Counted from the first letter of the whole stretch, positions 38,016 through 50,598 are shown. The stretch is DNA of 61,584 nt, filler included, from Sphacelaria rigidula (GCA_964200075.2; 6 parts of 6 records of this genome joined end to end with filler, not necessarily neighbours in it), one strand, 5' to 3'. Translations and numbers: made by a program. Notes: generated from the letters alone by a model not told the origin.

Positions 38016-39222
38016 TAGTGCAAGTGTTTGGGGTCTTCGGACTGACGGTCTCGGAAAAAAAGACAGAGACGCTTCTGATGCGCTTACCCGCGAAACCTCC
38101 ACAGAAAGGGGAGCCACCAGCACCACCCCCACCCCCACTGGTCATCGAAGCAGCGGGCCAGACATACGCACAAACCACGCAGTTCCGATACTTGGGCGGG
38201 CTAGTCACCGAAGATGGCGAGCTCACACAAGAGATCAACAACCGGAGCAGAGCCGCGTGGGCATGCATCAGAAGATTTTCCCGAGAACTCTTCGACCGAC
38301 CGAAAGCACCGTGGGAACTCAAGGTCCGCCTGCTGAAGGCAGAGGCGATGCAGGCCCCATTGTACGGGATGCATGACGTGGGCCCTACGCCGCGAACACT
38401 ACCGGCTATTGAGTATGATACACCACCGGCTCCTGTTGCGGGTTATCGGGTACCACCGAGTGCGCGGCACATACCGGCAGTTATCGTACGCCCAGGCCCT
38501 CAAGAAGACCGACTGCCAAAGTGCTGAAGCCATCGTTCGGCAACGGTGACTTCTGTTCGCGGGAGCCCTAGCTAGACAACAGGACGGACGATTACCGAAG
38601 CGATTGACATGCGGAACACTAGCGGGAAGGGAGGATCCAGGACCGGGGTGCCCCGAGCAAAACTGGCTGAAGTGCCTGCGGGATGATTTCCAAGCCTTCG
38701 GAGCCACGAACGGCTCCACGGACGACAAGCGATTGACGTTCGGAGTTGAAAGTGCACTCTGGCCTTCTGCAGCAAAGAAAGAAGGGGGAATACCATGGCA
38801 CGCGGGGGTATTACAGGGAGCGGAGAGGTTCAGGATCTCTTGGCACACGACCGAAAAGAGGCTAGCCGACGACGTGCACTGAAACGGGAGTCTCAATGAG
38901 AGTAGGGAGAGGATGGAAGCTACTAACTGCTGAATCCGATGCACCCCTCCCTCCGAGGCGGTGGGCGGTGTCATGTGGCGCCGTTTCTGGTTTGCCTAGT
39001 TTATGCATACGCATAGCTGTCCTCTCAGAGGTCCAACGATAGGTTTCTTCTTTCTTATTTTTCGTTTCACCCTTTTTGTTCTTGTTTTTGTTTTGTTTTG
39101 TTTTTCTTGTATCGCATCTGTGTGAATTTCTCGTCAATCCGATTATATTTTCCTTTTACCCTAACATGGGGTGGTAGCCTGTGACCACGAAAGACGTCCG
39201 AGTCAGATGCTCAGTACAACAT
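38016..39222 (+). mobile_element. 5'-truncated RTE-clade LINE (RT C-terminus and 3' UTR)
   Basis: FGLTVSEKKTE...TTQFRYLGG...EINNR...LKVRLLKAEA..LYG; frameshifted continuation ARQQDGRLPKR...NWLKCLRDDF; 3' motif tgtgaccacg at 39180. Confidence 0.9.
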
Positions 39223-39596
39223 TGCGCAGATACCGGAACGACTTTTAATGTGAAGACAACAACAACAAGTCTGACTTTACAATTGAGGTCTGTACTTTAC
39301 AGGCGCAAATGAATACTATAAGGGCATCAATTGATTGAGACGGAGGGTGCTTCGAAGGCGTCGACGGAAACTGTTTGCCTCCATTACGCGTGAAGCAGCG
39401 GTGCACAGCTTCATGCTTTGTCTTCCGTGTTTCGGTCGACCTGTACAGCATAGATAGGTCTGGCGTTCTGTGGTAGCACCATAGCACATGAAGAACGGGT
39501 TTGCCCTGGGCCAGTCACTGGCTGACTACTCAAGGTATTTTCTGCTCGGGGTGATTGTCCTCGAAAAAGACTCGCCTGTATCCTTTACTAAATCCT

Positions 39597-39824
39597 ATAT
39601 AATAGAGCGTTTCAGAAAACGCTCTTCCTGTCATGTCAGAGAGTGCAAATATCTCAGGATCAGAGTGTAACGAAAACTTATTTCTCCCTCCGCCAAATGC
39701 GGTATCGTTCCCTTATTTTGGTTTTTCGATGAGGTGTTTAATTTTTTTTATTCTGCACTCTGATCCTGAGATATTTGTACTCTGAAATGACAAAAAAGCG
39801 TTGTCCGAAACTGTCTGTTATTAT
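39597..39824. mobile_element. Hairpin MITE-like element
   Basis: agagtgcaaatatctcaggatcagagtg (39640) / cactctgatcctgagatatttgtactct (39756); the symmetry extends to gtttcagaaaacgct / agcgttgtccgaaac. Confidence 0.7.
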
Positions 39825-41024
39825 CTTGTCTCGAAAAACGATCGCATACTGAATTATTCAAAACCCTGTGCACACTATTACCGTGGAGGTTCATCATGAG
39901 TCCCTCCCATTATTACAGATTTGCACAAGCTCAAATGTAAGTTGTGGACGTTTTTTTGCAACTTTTGTCGAAGGTTGCCGCCGCCGGAGATGGTTTTGGT
40001 TGAGGATCGTCTCCAACCACGACCATCAAATACCCCGGAGCCCACCCACAGCAGAATGCAGATGTTTCCGACAAGTAGGAAGGTAGCACGTGTTTGGGGG
40101 GTAACGTAAATTGATTACTTCCACACGAATTGAGAGGGGAAAGACAAAAGGAAGAAAATACAAACGCACAAAAAACAAAAACGGCCCTCAGGGAGGTAGG
40201 ACAGCGGGTACGAAGGTATGCGGGGTTTTTTACTCGTGTACCCTTGGTCGAGAAACTGTTTATTTCTTGTAGCCGGCTTCGGACATGATGAACGTTCAAG
40301 GGTCTGTCGAGAGAAAAAAATCGGACATGGAGCCCTCCCCCCCCCACCCCCCCCGGAGGACAATTTTTCGAGAATCATCATGATTTTTTCTTTCATATAC
40401 TGTTGAAAGACATTGATCAACACTGATGAAAACCGAAAAGTCCGGCGGGCTTTGCGAGGTTTGCATATTTGCTTCTGCTCCTTGCCCGCCCTGTCCCCAT
40501 GACCTCGGATGCCGGCAACGCTCACACACATCTATGTACAGTACACGAGCGCACGGTAGCGACAGCCTGTAGCCAAAGTAGCAACATTATCTCACGCTTC
40601 GCCGAATTTGCCTGGACTAGTGGTGGGTATTCGAGGCACACGGCACGGAACATGATCCCATCAATGTAATCATGTTAGATGATGAGCTTTGAGGGACGGT
40701 ATGTCCGTCATCTCAGCGGTCTCCACGCCAAGGGTCTGTGTACACGGCAGCTGACTGCATCCGCCAACGCCTCGGCAATAAACTAGGGGACAGCAGGCTG
40801 GCTTCCCCCCCCCCCCCCGCCCTCAGAAACTCGAATCCCATGAGGCAGTGTAAAAGACGTGGCTGTCTCTGGAAGTGGCGACACCACAGAATAAAGCAAC
40901 TCACTGTAGGCTGTCATCCAAATGCAAGATAATCACTCGGCTTCGGGCCGAACAATCTTAGCAGGATGCAGCTCACCCTTCATGCGACTCGCCCAACACA
41001 CGACGGCGCTTCGCGCTTGGTGGT

Positions 41025-41124
41025 NNNNNNNNNNNNNNNNNNNNNNNNNNNNNNNNNNNNNNNNNNNNTTAATTAATTAANNNNNNNNNNNNNNNNNNNN
41101 NNNNNNNNNNNNNNNNNNNNNNNN
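41025..41124. other. Artificial contig linker
   Basis: N44-TTAATTAATTAA-N44. Confidence 0.97.
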
Positions 41125-41206
41125 GGGAAAGCACTGTTTTGGGCTTGAGCCTCATCTCGAAGTTAAACCTCAATTCTCACAATTTGTTGTTTTGTGTTGT
41201 AAGAAG

Positions 41207-42005
41207 GTGGACTACGCTGTGATAACCACGGGCGGAAAAGTGATATGCGCCGTAGTACGACAGTGCATGTGGGTGTTTTTCAATTCTTCGGAACACGTCG
41301 TGCACGCAGAAGTGAGCGTTTACAGTATGGAGATAGGACCTGTGGTTGAAACTGCAGCTTTGAATCTGTTGATGGCAAAAAAATACAAAGAGTTTGCAGT
41401 TCTGCACTCTTGTAGTGGGGTCCAGCTGCAAACTGTATAGCTACTCAACCGATGATATACGCTATAATACTGTGCTGCCTGTACGGTGTGTTCGGAACTG
41501 GAGGCACCCTCGAAGCGCTGCGCTGATACATGGGTCTTGCTAGGAAAACCTAGGTTGATGGCAGTACATTTATAGAGCGAACATTCCCCATAGTGAAGCG
41601 TGCGACGATTCAACATAGCCATCGGAGATTCGCCATAAAACCACGAAGTCCGCAGAATACTCTTGCTGTTTGTGGTCTCTTCTGTTTTGTAGAGACTGTT
41701 GAACTGCTCGCTTTTTTTTGTGGCTCTTGCCCAGCCGTTTACTCTTCTGTTTTGTCAAGTCTGTTGAACTGCCTCCGCCTTTTTGTGACTCTTACCCAGC
41801 CGTTTACTTTGTTGTAGTGATGGAAGGTTGGTTTTGATGTAAATTAGTGTTCCGAGAAGGATCACACGCTCACTTGATTCCAGTATCGAGCGGCGAGACA
41901 TTTAGCGCAATAGTACATTGCGCAATAATACATTGGATAATAATAATATAATAATAATATTAATAATATAATAATATAATAATATAATAATATAATAATA
42001 TAATA

Positions 42006-42045
<40 letters not shown>

Positions 42046-42256
42046 CATGATGATGATGATGATGATGATGATGATAATATCATTATAACTATGATGATTA
42101 TGATTATTATCTCTGCTTTCACTATTATTCTGCTATTACTATTGTCACTACTATTATCACTACTATCATCATTAATATTTTCATGATTACTATGATTATT
42201 ATTACTACTATTACTTTTATTACTACTTCTTCTACTACTACTACTGCTACTACTAC

Positions 42257-42308
<52 letters not shown>

Positions 42309-43929
42309 TCAATTTTTATTATTATTATTTTATGTCCGTCACATTAGCTCGATCTCTCGAATCCGTGATCACAGCGTGCAAGGAGCACACCACCAATACC
42401 CATAAATCAAACAGCCCGCAGAGGAAGGCAAGAAACAAAACATCTACACGAAAAAGGGCACCTACACTACGATAGATCCGTAAAAGACCAATTGAACTAC
42501 AGGACACCTACTGGAATCTAAACAAAAAGTCCCCGCGTGAAATCTCTCCGACTATTTTGCCATGTACTGGTGTACACACACAGTAGTAGCAGCGAGTAAG
42601 CCGATACCCGAAACGGTCGCGTAGAACGGAGACCAATCCCAAAATAGATATATCGCACCGTCTAGAGTGCTGGTGAAAGAGATCCTCTACAGAGCCTGCG
42701 CACCGGAAACTGAACAACGTCAGAAAAAGACGAGAAGAACAAACAAAAAAAGAGTCGATGGCAGCTAGAATGAAAAAACAGGAACTACGATCTCCCTCGG
42801 TTCTGGTCAAGTAGCATCGTTATGGAAACACACCAGACAGGGCGTGTCTAGCCTACACACGGCATGGCGCTGTCAGCAAAAAACAGAATATATTCAGAGT
42901 GTCCTATATTCAACCATGACAACATGGGATACCATCTGTGTGTAGCACTCAGAACAAACAACTCGAAAAAATCCAACATCAAAATGATATTCCGCTCTTA
43001 ACGAAAGTAGCCCCAGCTCTGCTCTTCTCCGTTGCAAGGGCGTCTTCGAACTTGACCTCCTGACGCTCCAATCTGTCCTCACCAGCGTCAATGGCCAACC
43101 CAACCGCCCATCCTCACCGGTGTCCATCCCAAACAGTCCCCACTCTGCTTCCTTTGTGACAATTGTGGTGGTATTTCGGGAACATCGCTCGGAATGAAAC
43201 ATGTAGAATAGTATTTAGGGGTATCGTAGTACATCTTCCCCTGTTCAAAATCGAAATTTTCTTGCATGAACGCTTTATATCCGTTACAATGAAAGACTGC
43301 TTTACAAGAAAACCACCCATTAACTCAGGACTCCCCCTGGCGTCTAACCCTAACCCTGAGGTTGTCACAAATCCTATCTGAGGGAGAGGGTGCCAGCACT
43401 TTCCGTCGCTAGTTCAGACCCCGTTTGGGACCGTCAGGAGGGATATTGAAACTACAGCTGATGCTGCTCCTAAATGAAACCAAACGGCTCGGGTTTTGGA
43501 AGCGCGTTGGGCGACAGTAGTATCCTTCGACAGCCCCACCGTGAAACCAGTTCTCAACACAGCCACGGCGGAAGTGGCCATGCAAGGCGTGATAGCTGGT
43601 TCAGACTGGATGAAGCGCCTCGCATGGGAGCTACTGGCGAAACAACCCCAAGCATGGGACTAACCCTTACCCCTGTTGTGTGTGTGTGCAGCTTTATTGT
43701 GGGGCATCCATTTTATCCAACTAAAGACTGCACTGTAGTGATGCTGTACTCTGGTGTGCTGGTATATCTCAGCAGACTGCTGAATGATGCTGCATTTCAA
43801 AGATCGCTGGCGTCTGTCGCCGCATTGGATCGTTTTGCTGACGGCGGTCGTCGCCGGCGCAACAGTATGACGTCTCTCTCAGATACTCAACAAGAGGCGC
43901 TCGAAAACCCGATGACTAGTCCAAAGTAG
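41207..43929 (+). CDS. Candidate exons of an unidentified protein (41207-41311; terminal 43739-43929)
   Basis: AG/GT-bounded open segments VDYAVITTGGKVICAVVRQCMWVFFNSSEHVVHAE and MLYSGVLVYLSRLLNDAAFQRSL...NPMTSPK*. No family recognised, and linkage of the two is not shown. Confidence 0.25.
41935..42328. repeat. Compound microsatellite (AAT)n-(GAT)n...(CTA)n-(ATT)n
   Basis: Directly visible. Confidence 0.95.
42329..43135 (-). mobile_element. LINE 3' fragment ending in (AAT)n tail
   Basis: Minus-strand tgtgatcacggattcgagagatcgagctaatgtg followed by the tail; 42833-42920 recurs at 51407-51491 on another contig. Confidence 0.65.
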
Positions 43930-44415
43930 TATGTCTTCAGCATGCTTTGTTACGTGTTCCGTAGCGCTTAGACGCAGGTCCTGCTCAAAGGATGCCGCAC
44001 AATGACGGTGGTTTTTCTGTTGGAGTGCTCGTCATCATGCTTGCGCTGCCGTGCAGAAACTTCTGGATTAGGGTTACATGGTGGAACTCGTTGCGAATCC
44101 CGAGCCTTTTGGACGGAACGAATGAATTTCGATGGCCTCTTCAACCTCACCCAAATGTTGAACCACAAAAACGAATCCAGGCTGTTATTAAATGATGGTG
44201 GTCAACAATTCCGTATCTGACATACACCGGGATTTTCGCCCACGCGAGCTTTTCCTCCCTCCTTGAAATTTGCGACTATCCAAGAAACACTTCCAGATTA
44301 GCTTATCCCACCTGCCCTACATGTTCATCCCGTAGTTGCCTCGAGTGAACTAGCTAAAGCACCATTATCCAGTATGGTCTGCTGTTATCTGGTCGCCCAA
44401 CCTCTTTACTCAGTT

Positions 44416-44715
44416 AACAACGTTTTCGTGAGATTGAGAGTAGAATGCTGATTGAGAGTGGCTTTGATCATTCGCTTGAACTTAGCCATTTTTTCATTCC
44501 GTGTGTGCTTTCCTTTGCCTCCATCACTAGCGTGTGCTTACAGCTACACGTCGATCTCCTACTCAGGGATATCAAGGGCCTCAGTGGCGAGCTGCTAAAT
44601 AAAGCATTTCGGGCCTCACGGAGGTGTATTTCGGCACTGAAACTATTCAGTCACTAACTGACTGCTTTTCACTCTCAATCGTATCCTCTACTCTCAATTT
44701 CACGAAAACATTGTT
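44416..44715. mobile_element. AAC..GTT MITE (300 bp)
   Basis: TIR aacaacgttttcgtgagattgagagtag / ctactctcaatttcacgaaaacattgtt; flanks agtt/cgtt. Confidence 0.8.
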
Positions 44716-44910
44716 CGTTGTGGTCTACACGCCAGGTCTTCATCCCGTAGTTGTCTAGACCCACCTCGTCGCCTGACACTTTCACCGGCAAGCACCTCCA
44801 GCCAACTAGTTTCACGCGATTCTTGCCCACTGATTATCTGCCGGCCACTAGCCAGTAGTCGTCGCTGTCCAAAGTGTGAAAAATGAATACCTAAAAAATA
44901 ACCAACAAAC

Positions 44911-45157
44911 GACACTTTCTACCATAGCCCCCCTCCCCCCCAAAACGAGCTAAAAGTGTCACAAAACAAATGACCATACAGCGCCTGATGTTCAGGTTCA
45001 GGCTGCACGAAGCGCCTCATACTGGCAACATTGACTAGAACGAACCCAACCGTGGGATTAACCAGCTTCTCGTTGTGCTCGGCTTTTCCTATTTCGATTT
45101 ACGTGAAGATTTTGCCTCCCAAAACCATGCACGTTTTGGGGGAGGGGCTATCGTGTC
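44911..45157. mobile_element. GAC..GTC MITE copy
   Basis: gacactttctaccatagcccc...ggggctatcgtgtc; flanks aaac/aaat; opposite orientation to the 24945 copy. Confidence 0.85.
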
Positions 45158-45599
45158 AAATGCAGGGAAAGCATATACGAGCTGGGCTGGCAGTGAATCT
45201 CGCGTTCTCTCTCTGCAATACAACGTCTCAAGTTTCCCGAATCAGCGCGACTTGAGCATATCGCTGTTAACTGCAGACTAACCTGGCAACGCACGGCACC
45301 GCCGCTGCTTGATTGGGGCAGTTTTGGTGGTGATGTTATTGTACTGCATTGAGTGCCGGGTACGTCTCTTGCCACTGCGTGACAACGTGTCTGAAGACAC
45401 TTCGTTTCACATAATGCGACGGAAATGTGATAGACCGTTGCGCCGCATAGGCACACGCACACCCGACATACCCAGGCAAGAGCACACTGGTCGTGCTGCA
45501 AGATGGCATCAAGCTCATCATAATAAGCTCCGTAATGGGAGAGAACCTCGGAGTCAACTGTCGTATATCACCGCACGAGGGAGAAGTACGACTTGAAAC

Positions 45600-45776
45600 T
45601 GCGCCATACCCCCCCCAAAAGCAAGACCGTCGCCAAAATTTCGAAACCCTTTGCGACCCAGAGGTACGAGATGATTATGCACGATTAGTGCGCACAATGT
45701 TTTTTTCGTCGTGTCGGGATTCGAACTCGTGACATGTGTAATTTGACACTGTTATATCACTTTGACCACCGGGATT
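45600..45776 (-). mobile_element. tRNA-derived SINE head (Pol III A/B boxes)
   Basis: Minus strand reads ccggtggtcaaagtgat (A-box-like) ... gagttcgaatcccg (B box, 45716-45726). It does not fold as a clean cloverleaf, and the 3' limit is uncertain. Confidence 0.55.
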
Positions 45777-46596
45777 ACGCAAAAAGTGCGACGCTGAACC
45801 TTATTTTACGTAGTTTCAGCTGAAACTTTACAAGGATGTGGTTGACGCGAGTGCCCGTATGTGCTGGAGGATTGTCATCGTTTTCATCGATTTTTCAGGA
45901 AGTTGACGCTTTTCCCTGTTTTTGCCGAAAATTCGATCCGCTCTAACTTCCTGTTATTTTTGTCCGTGACACCCGTCACAGGGTTGCGCGGATTCAAAAT
46001 AAGAATGTCGTGTCAAACTTTTAGCGCATAACTTGGCGAAACGTCAATAGCATCTCCACCATTCATTTAGAAACCACTGCTAGCCGGCCCAGCTCGTATA
46101 TATATATATATATATATATCCTAAACTCAACTTCTTCTCATCGGTATCGATCGCGCGATGCTATCCTTCAACCCTTATTTTGCGTCTTTCAAAAATCACG
46201 TTCAACGTTTCAAAATTAGGCGAAATGCTGAGGTCCCGTTAGGACTCAGAATGTCGACGACAGGGTGGAGGCACGGAAATCACAGCACGGTATGCATTAT
46301 TGAATCTGCCATAAGACGCTGGGCGCACCTCTGTGGGTAGGATCAGTCAATCGATCACAACGAAATTGAAGGGTCAACCAATTCAGATCACATCGGATCC
46401 TGAAGAAAAACACAGTACAATGAGCACATAAATGGTAAGAGGTGAATGAGGTGTACCTATGCTCTCATTTTTCACGCTGTTGTTACACAGGAAAAAAAGC
46501 CTGTGACTGGTGAGGAGTACTGGATCACAGTGAATAACCCATGCGTTTCTTCGTTTGTGACAAAATGGGACATCGATATCCTGCCGCATCGTACAG

Positions 46597-47595
46597 GCTA
46601 CCTTTACTGACTTTTCATACACGGAGCAATATCAGGGCCGAAGGTGTGGGCGCTATTACTCCGGCCTTCCCTAAAGTAAATTGGCTCAAAAACCTGAGGG
46701 ATCTTGCAGGTGGTCGGGAGGAATTGCTCTCTGGCGTGTACTTTGTGCTCTCGTGTTGCATCGTGTCGCGCCGTAATCGATACAACAATTGTTCCTGTAA
46801 TGCGTGAGAGGACCGCATGCTTAGAGGACCGCATAGGAATTTGAACATCCCCATGCAGAGGGGTAGGGTTAGGGTTATGGTCAGGGGCGTGGTACCTGCA
46901 GGGACTGGCCCGATTGGTTTTGAAAAACATCGATCCTGAGGTGTTTTGAACAACGGCGCGGTCTTTTAAGCACGCGATCCTCTCACGCATTACAGTTCGT
47001 ATCGTGACACATTGTGTGAACATTGTGTGACCCCTCCGTTCGTCCTTTGTGGTCAGGTGGCTTCATTTGATGCTTATACTGATGCACGTTTTTGGGTTCT
47101 CCACAGTTGCCGCTGTGACGTGGAGCTACCTCATGCGCCACCCGTCCGACAACAAGTGCTTTGCCGTATATACGTGGCTCTACGTCTCCGGCGTTATGTT
47201 TCAGGTGCGGAGGGGCGACTCGCGAAGTGAAAATATGCTCTTCTCAGTTACTTGCAGCGGTATCTCTACCTTGCGCGTAGTTGCTGCTGCCACCTCCACT
47301 TTTCTTCATTGTAGTCAGCATGTGCACTATTTACCTCTTGAGGTATATCTCACCATTGAAATATTGACTGAGTGTTGTAGCTGCTTCGTGCAACAAACAA
47401 CCGCTTCGACGAGAGGCACTGCTCGAAAGACGGATCGGAACTCGACCGTGAATCTCATCGTGTGTCAAGAATGCAAACGAAAAATTAATGGACGAATGCG
47501 AAGCCATGGCCTGTTTTGCACTCAATCCGATACTCCCGAAAATGCACCGCCGTGCTGGCAGTACGTTGAGCACGCCAGGATATTCGGCGACAGCC
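46597..47595 (+). CDS. Membrane protein exons (46597-46643, 47057-47204, 47562-47595), possibly LtrA-like
   Basis: Three GT-AG exons join in phase: ATFTDFSYTEQYQGRRWLHLMLILMHVFGFSTVAAVTWSYLMRHPSDNKCFAVYTWLYVSGVMFQYVEHARIFGDS, with two hydrophobic segments. The family assignment is a resemblance only. Confidence 0.55.
46796..46994. mobile_element. Second TG..CA telomeric-repeat MITE, intronic
   Basis: tgtaatgcgtgagaggaccgc...gcgatcctctcacgcattaca; flanks gttcc/gttcg; internal gtagggttagggtta. Confidence 0.9.
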
Positions 47596-48389
47596 GTGAG
47601 TAGGTATCCCTGTTCGGTAGGCATAGGCAAGTATTTGTATGTCGTTTTATCTTCAGCCAATATGTTGTTGATGTTCGTACACTCGATATGGAGCTCGTGC
47701 TTTTGATGAAGCTACGACGTGGTGACGAGGGCAGGTTGTTTAGCGACGTAGTGCTACGGAAGTCTCTTCCAGGAAAGAACAGCATACTTCGGTGAGTTTT
47801 CGAAGACAAACCATTGTGAGCAACGCCGAAGGGGAATCACCCACTGACCACGAACGTAGCCGGTATATTTATGATGATATCTCGCCTGGAAGCGTCATGC
47901 TTGTGGGCAAATGCTCCACCAGTTGCTGACATTCGTCTCGAAGTAATTTGAGTTAAAATACTTGTAGCGACCTTCCCGTTCCCGCCGATCTCTCTGATGA
48001 TGCGACCGTCTGCCCCCAGTCCACTCTGATTTTATTTCTTCTGGCCAAGACACGCGTCACCAACATTCCCGGGTCAGAGAAGGCATGCTGGGAACGCGCA
48101 ATTCCACCGTTCTGCCATCTGTTCGCCGTGGTGTACAAGTGAGGTTGCGTTCGCATCTTTCTGTGTCAAGAACGAAGACGTATCGTAACGGGGCTGGTAC
48201 CATGTTGTTCAACCAGGAATCTCGAGGCAAACCCTCGCCCAGGTCTTATCATTTGGGGTATCTCGCTGGCACTAAAAAAACAACAGCAGGCGAGGATTAC
48301 AAGGTGCACCTGACCGAGAGATCGGTCCATTGTTCACTCGACGAGAGATAAATGCAGAATCTCAAATGATACTGAATCTGATTCACCCC

Positions 48390-48895
48390 TGTCTTTTTCT
48401 ACTGGTTGTTGGTTTTATCTTTGGTCGGTGGTTCTTCGATGCTCCCTGATGTGTGTCTATACCTGCTCTACTGTACCTTGTCATTCGGGTCTCACCACGT
48501 CTGTAACCGTTTTACTTTTTCTTCATTTCTTTCCCCATCTCTCTCCATGTGTGTGTGTTCCTTTTTCCCGGTCTTTCGTAGAGTTTATGGATGGGAGCTT
48601 CATTTCCAAAATAGTGAGGTCGCAAGAGATGAGCGCAATCGGTTCCCACGACTTTAGGTTTTTACTATTGGGTATGAGCGTGGTTTCTGCGCAAGACCTT
48701 TCCCACCGGAGTCATGTAGTAGAGGCCGACCACTTTCTAGTCTGTTTATTTTTTCGATGCGCTTCATTCTATTATGTTATCTTCCTTTCATTGAGCGAGT
48801 GTCTCCATTTTATTTCATCCTGGGTACTTCTATCATGTGACCACGGCCGGATCCGTGACGAGTTCGTCGAAATTCGACCCATCAAATAAATAAAA
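48390..48895 (+). mobile_element. Retroposon 3' region
   Basis: T-rich UTR-like tract ending tgtgaccacggccggat...tcaaataaataaaat. Confidence 0.55.
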
Positions 48896-49025
48896 TGTGC
48901 CACCTTCTGCGTGCGTTCGGATCGTCTACAAGATGTAGCGCTAGTGGTAGTCACTTGTCGATAGCTCTGGCGCACCAACCCGATTTGATCACGGAGCCGC
49001 TACAGACTACAGTATTACCAATTCA

Positions 49026-49954
49026 CGAGGTTGTTCTCTGGAGGGTACCGGTACGTTATGTAGGGTATGGGATTCCTTACAGAACTTACAGAAATATAGG
49101 TTACCGGTATGAAAGTCTTACAGAGATACACAACTATCGGGTACCAGTTGGAAAGTCTTGCAAGAACTACAGAGCTTGTCGGGTACGGTACGGGGGGCTT
49201 ACACAAAACCGTGCCGACAATCATTTAAGGGCATACGCGCGCTCCGGGTACGGGCATACATTACGTACAGAAATCATCGAACTTCTGGGCAAGGGTATGG
49301 GAGGCGTACAAAACTCACAGAAACTGTCGGGCAGGGTATGCGGGTTGTACAGAAAAGCGTACCCGCAACCGGGTATCTTATCAAGAGCATACTCGTGTCC
49401 CCAGTAACGGTACGGGAGGTTTACAGCTCTCACAGAACTATCGGGTAAGGGTATGAAAGTCTTACAAACTTTACAGAACTTAATTGATCAAGGGAGCGCC
49501 TCTTAGAGGGATTGCTCTGGGCAGGGGTTTGTGTAGTAACTTCTTGTACTAATCTTGTATACCCTTCACTCCCCAAACATCAACCGTGCACGCTCCACCC
49601 GAGCTGCTCTCTCTCACCCGGAAATGCAATACCAAAACGCACAGAACAAGAATAATGATCCGGGAGGGTGAGACCGCATGCCAGGTTCCCTCATATTTCA
49701 TAAACCCAGTCATAACACAATCCGAAAATTCGATAATCCGATACCGTACACGATATCCGGTACGCATGATATATCGTCAATCTGCCCCGCATGTACCCGA
49801 ATCAATCCACCTCCACATACACTAGTGTTAAGCTCGGCAACATTCAATTAGAACTGTGCGGTACCGGTATGAAAGTATCGGATACGGTAAATACCCGAGA
49901 AAATGCCCCGGGTATACTCGTACAGAAAACCGTACCCTACAGAACACGACCTTC
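49026..49954. mobile_element. hAT-type non-autonomous element with ACAGAAC/GGGTAC arrays and a nested insert
   Basis: Ends cgaggttgttctctggagggtac / gtaccctacagaacacgaccttc; flanks ccaattca/caaattca (8 bp, 7/8). Confidence 0.75.
49481..49850. mobile_element. 370-bp solo-LTR-like insertion
   Basis: Short inverted ends taattga/tcaatta; 5-bp TSD gaact on both sides; removing it restores the host repeat unit. Confidence 0.65.
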
Positions 49955-50094
49955 CAAATTCACAAGTCCGTACTCACTCAAGCGAGAATACTTCTGAGGT
50001 AATTTGTCAAATTTTCGTATCAACTCGAAAGATTCAGAGTCGGTATAGGATTTGAAAAAAGAAGCAGATAAATCGTGCTTGGGACTCAAATTTC

Positions 50095-50474
50095 CAAGGT
50101 TGTGTTCTGTAAGGTACGGGTACGTTCTGTAGGGTACCAGATTCCTTACAGAGTTGACAGAACTGTCGGATACCGGTATGAAAGTCTTGCAGAGTTTACA
50201 GAACTGTCGGGTACCGGTATGGGAGGCTTACAGAAAACCGTGACCTGCAATCGGTAACTCTTTTGAGGCATACCTGACTCTCAGGTTACGGTAAAGGTTT
50301 TGTACAGAACTCACAGACCTGTCGGGTATGGGTATGAAGGTCTCACAGAGATTACAGAACTACCGGGTACTGGTATGGAAATGTCATGGAGCTTATAGAA
50401 CTGTCGGGTACGGTAAATACCCGACAAACTTTCCCGGGTATACAGAAAACCGTACCCTACATAACAGGACCTTG
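50095..50474. mobile_element. Second ACAGAAC/GGGTAC-array element (further fragment at 51130-51250)
   Basis: TIR caaggttgtgttctgtaaggtacgg / ccgtaccctacataacaggaccttg; internal cttacagaactgtcgggtaccggtatg units. Confidence 0.8.
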
Positions 50475-50598
50475 GAATTATCATCACCCCTGTGGTGGGA
50501 CCCACGACGATGACAGTCCACGAAAACTCTGAACGGCTTCACGGGGTTGTGGAGAAAGACTACACGAACAATCGCAGTACTACAAGTGCATGGGATCG

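Noticed and set aside
45700..45776. Functional tRNA gene
   Set aside because: A B box is present, but the acceptor and anticodon stems do not pair cleanly; treated as SINE-like.
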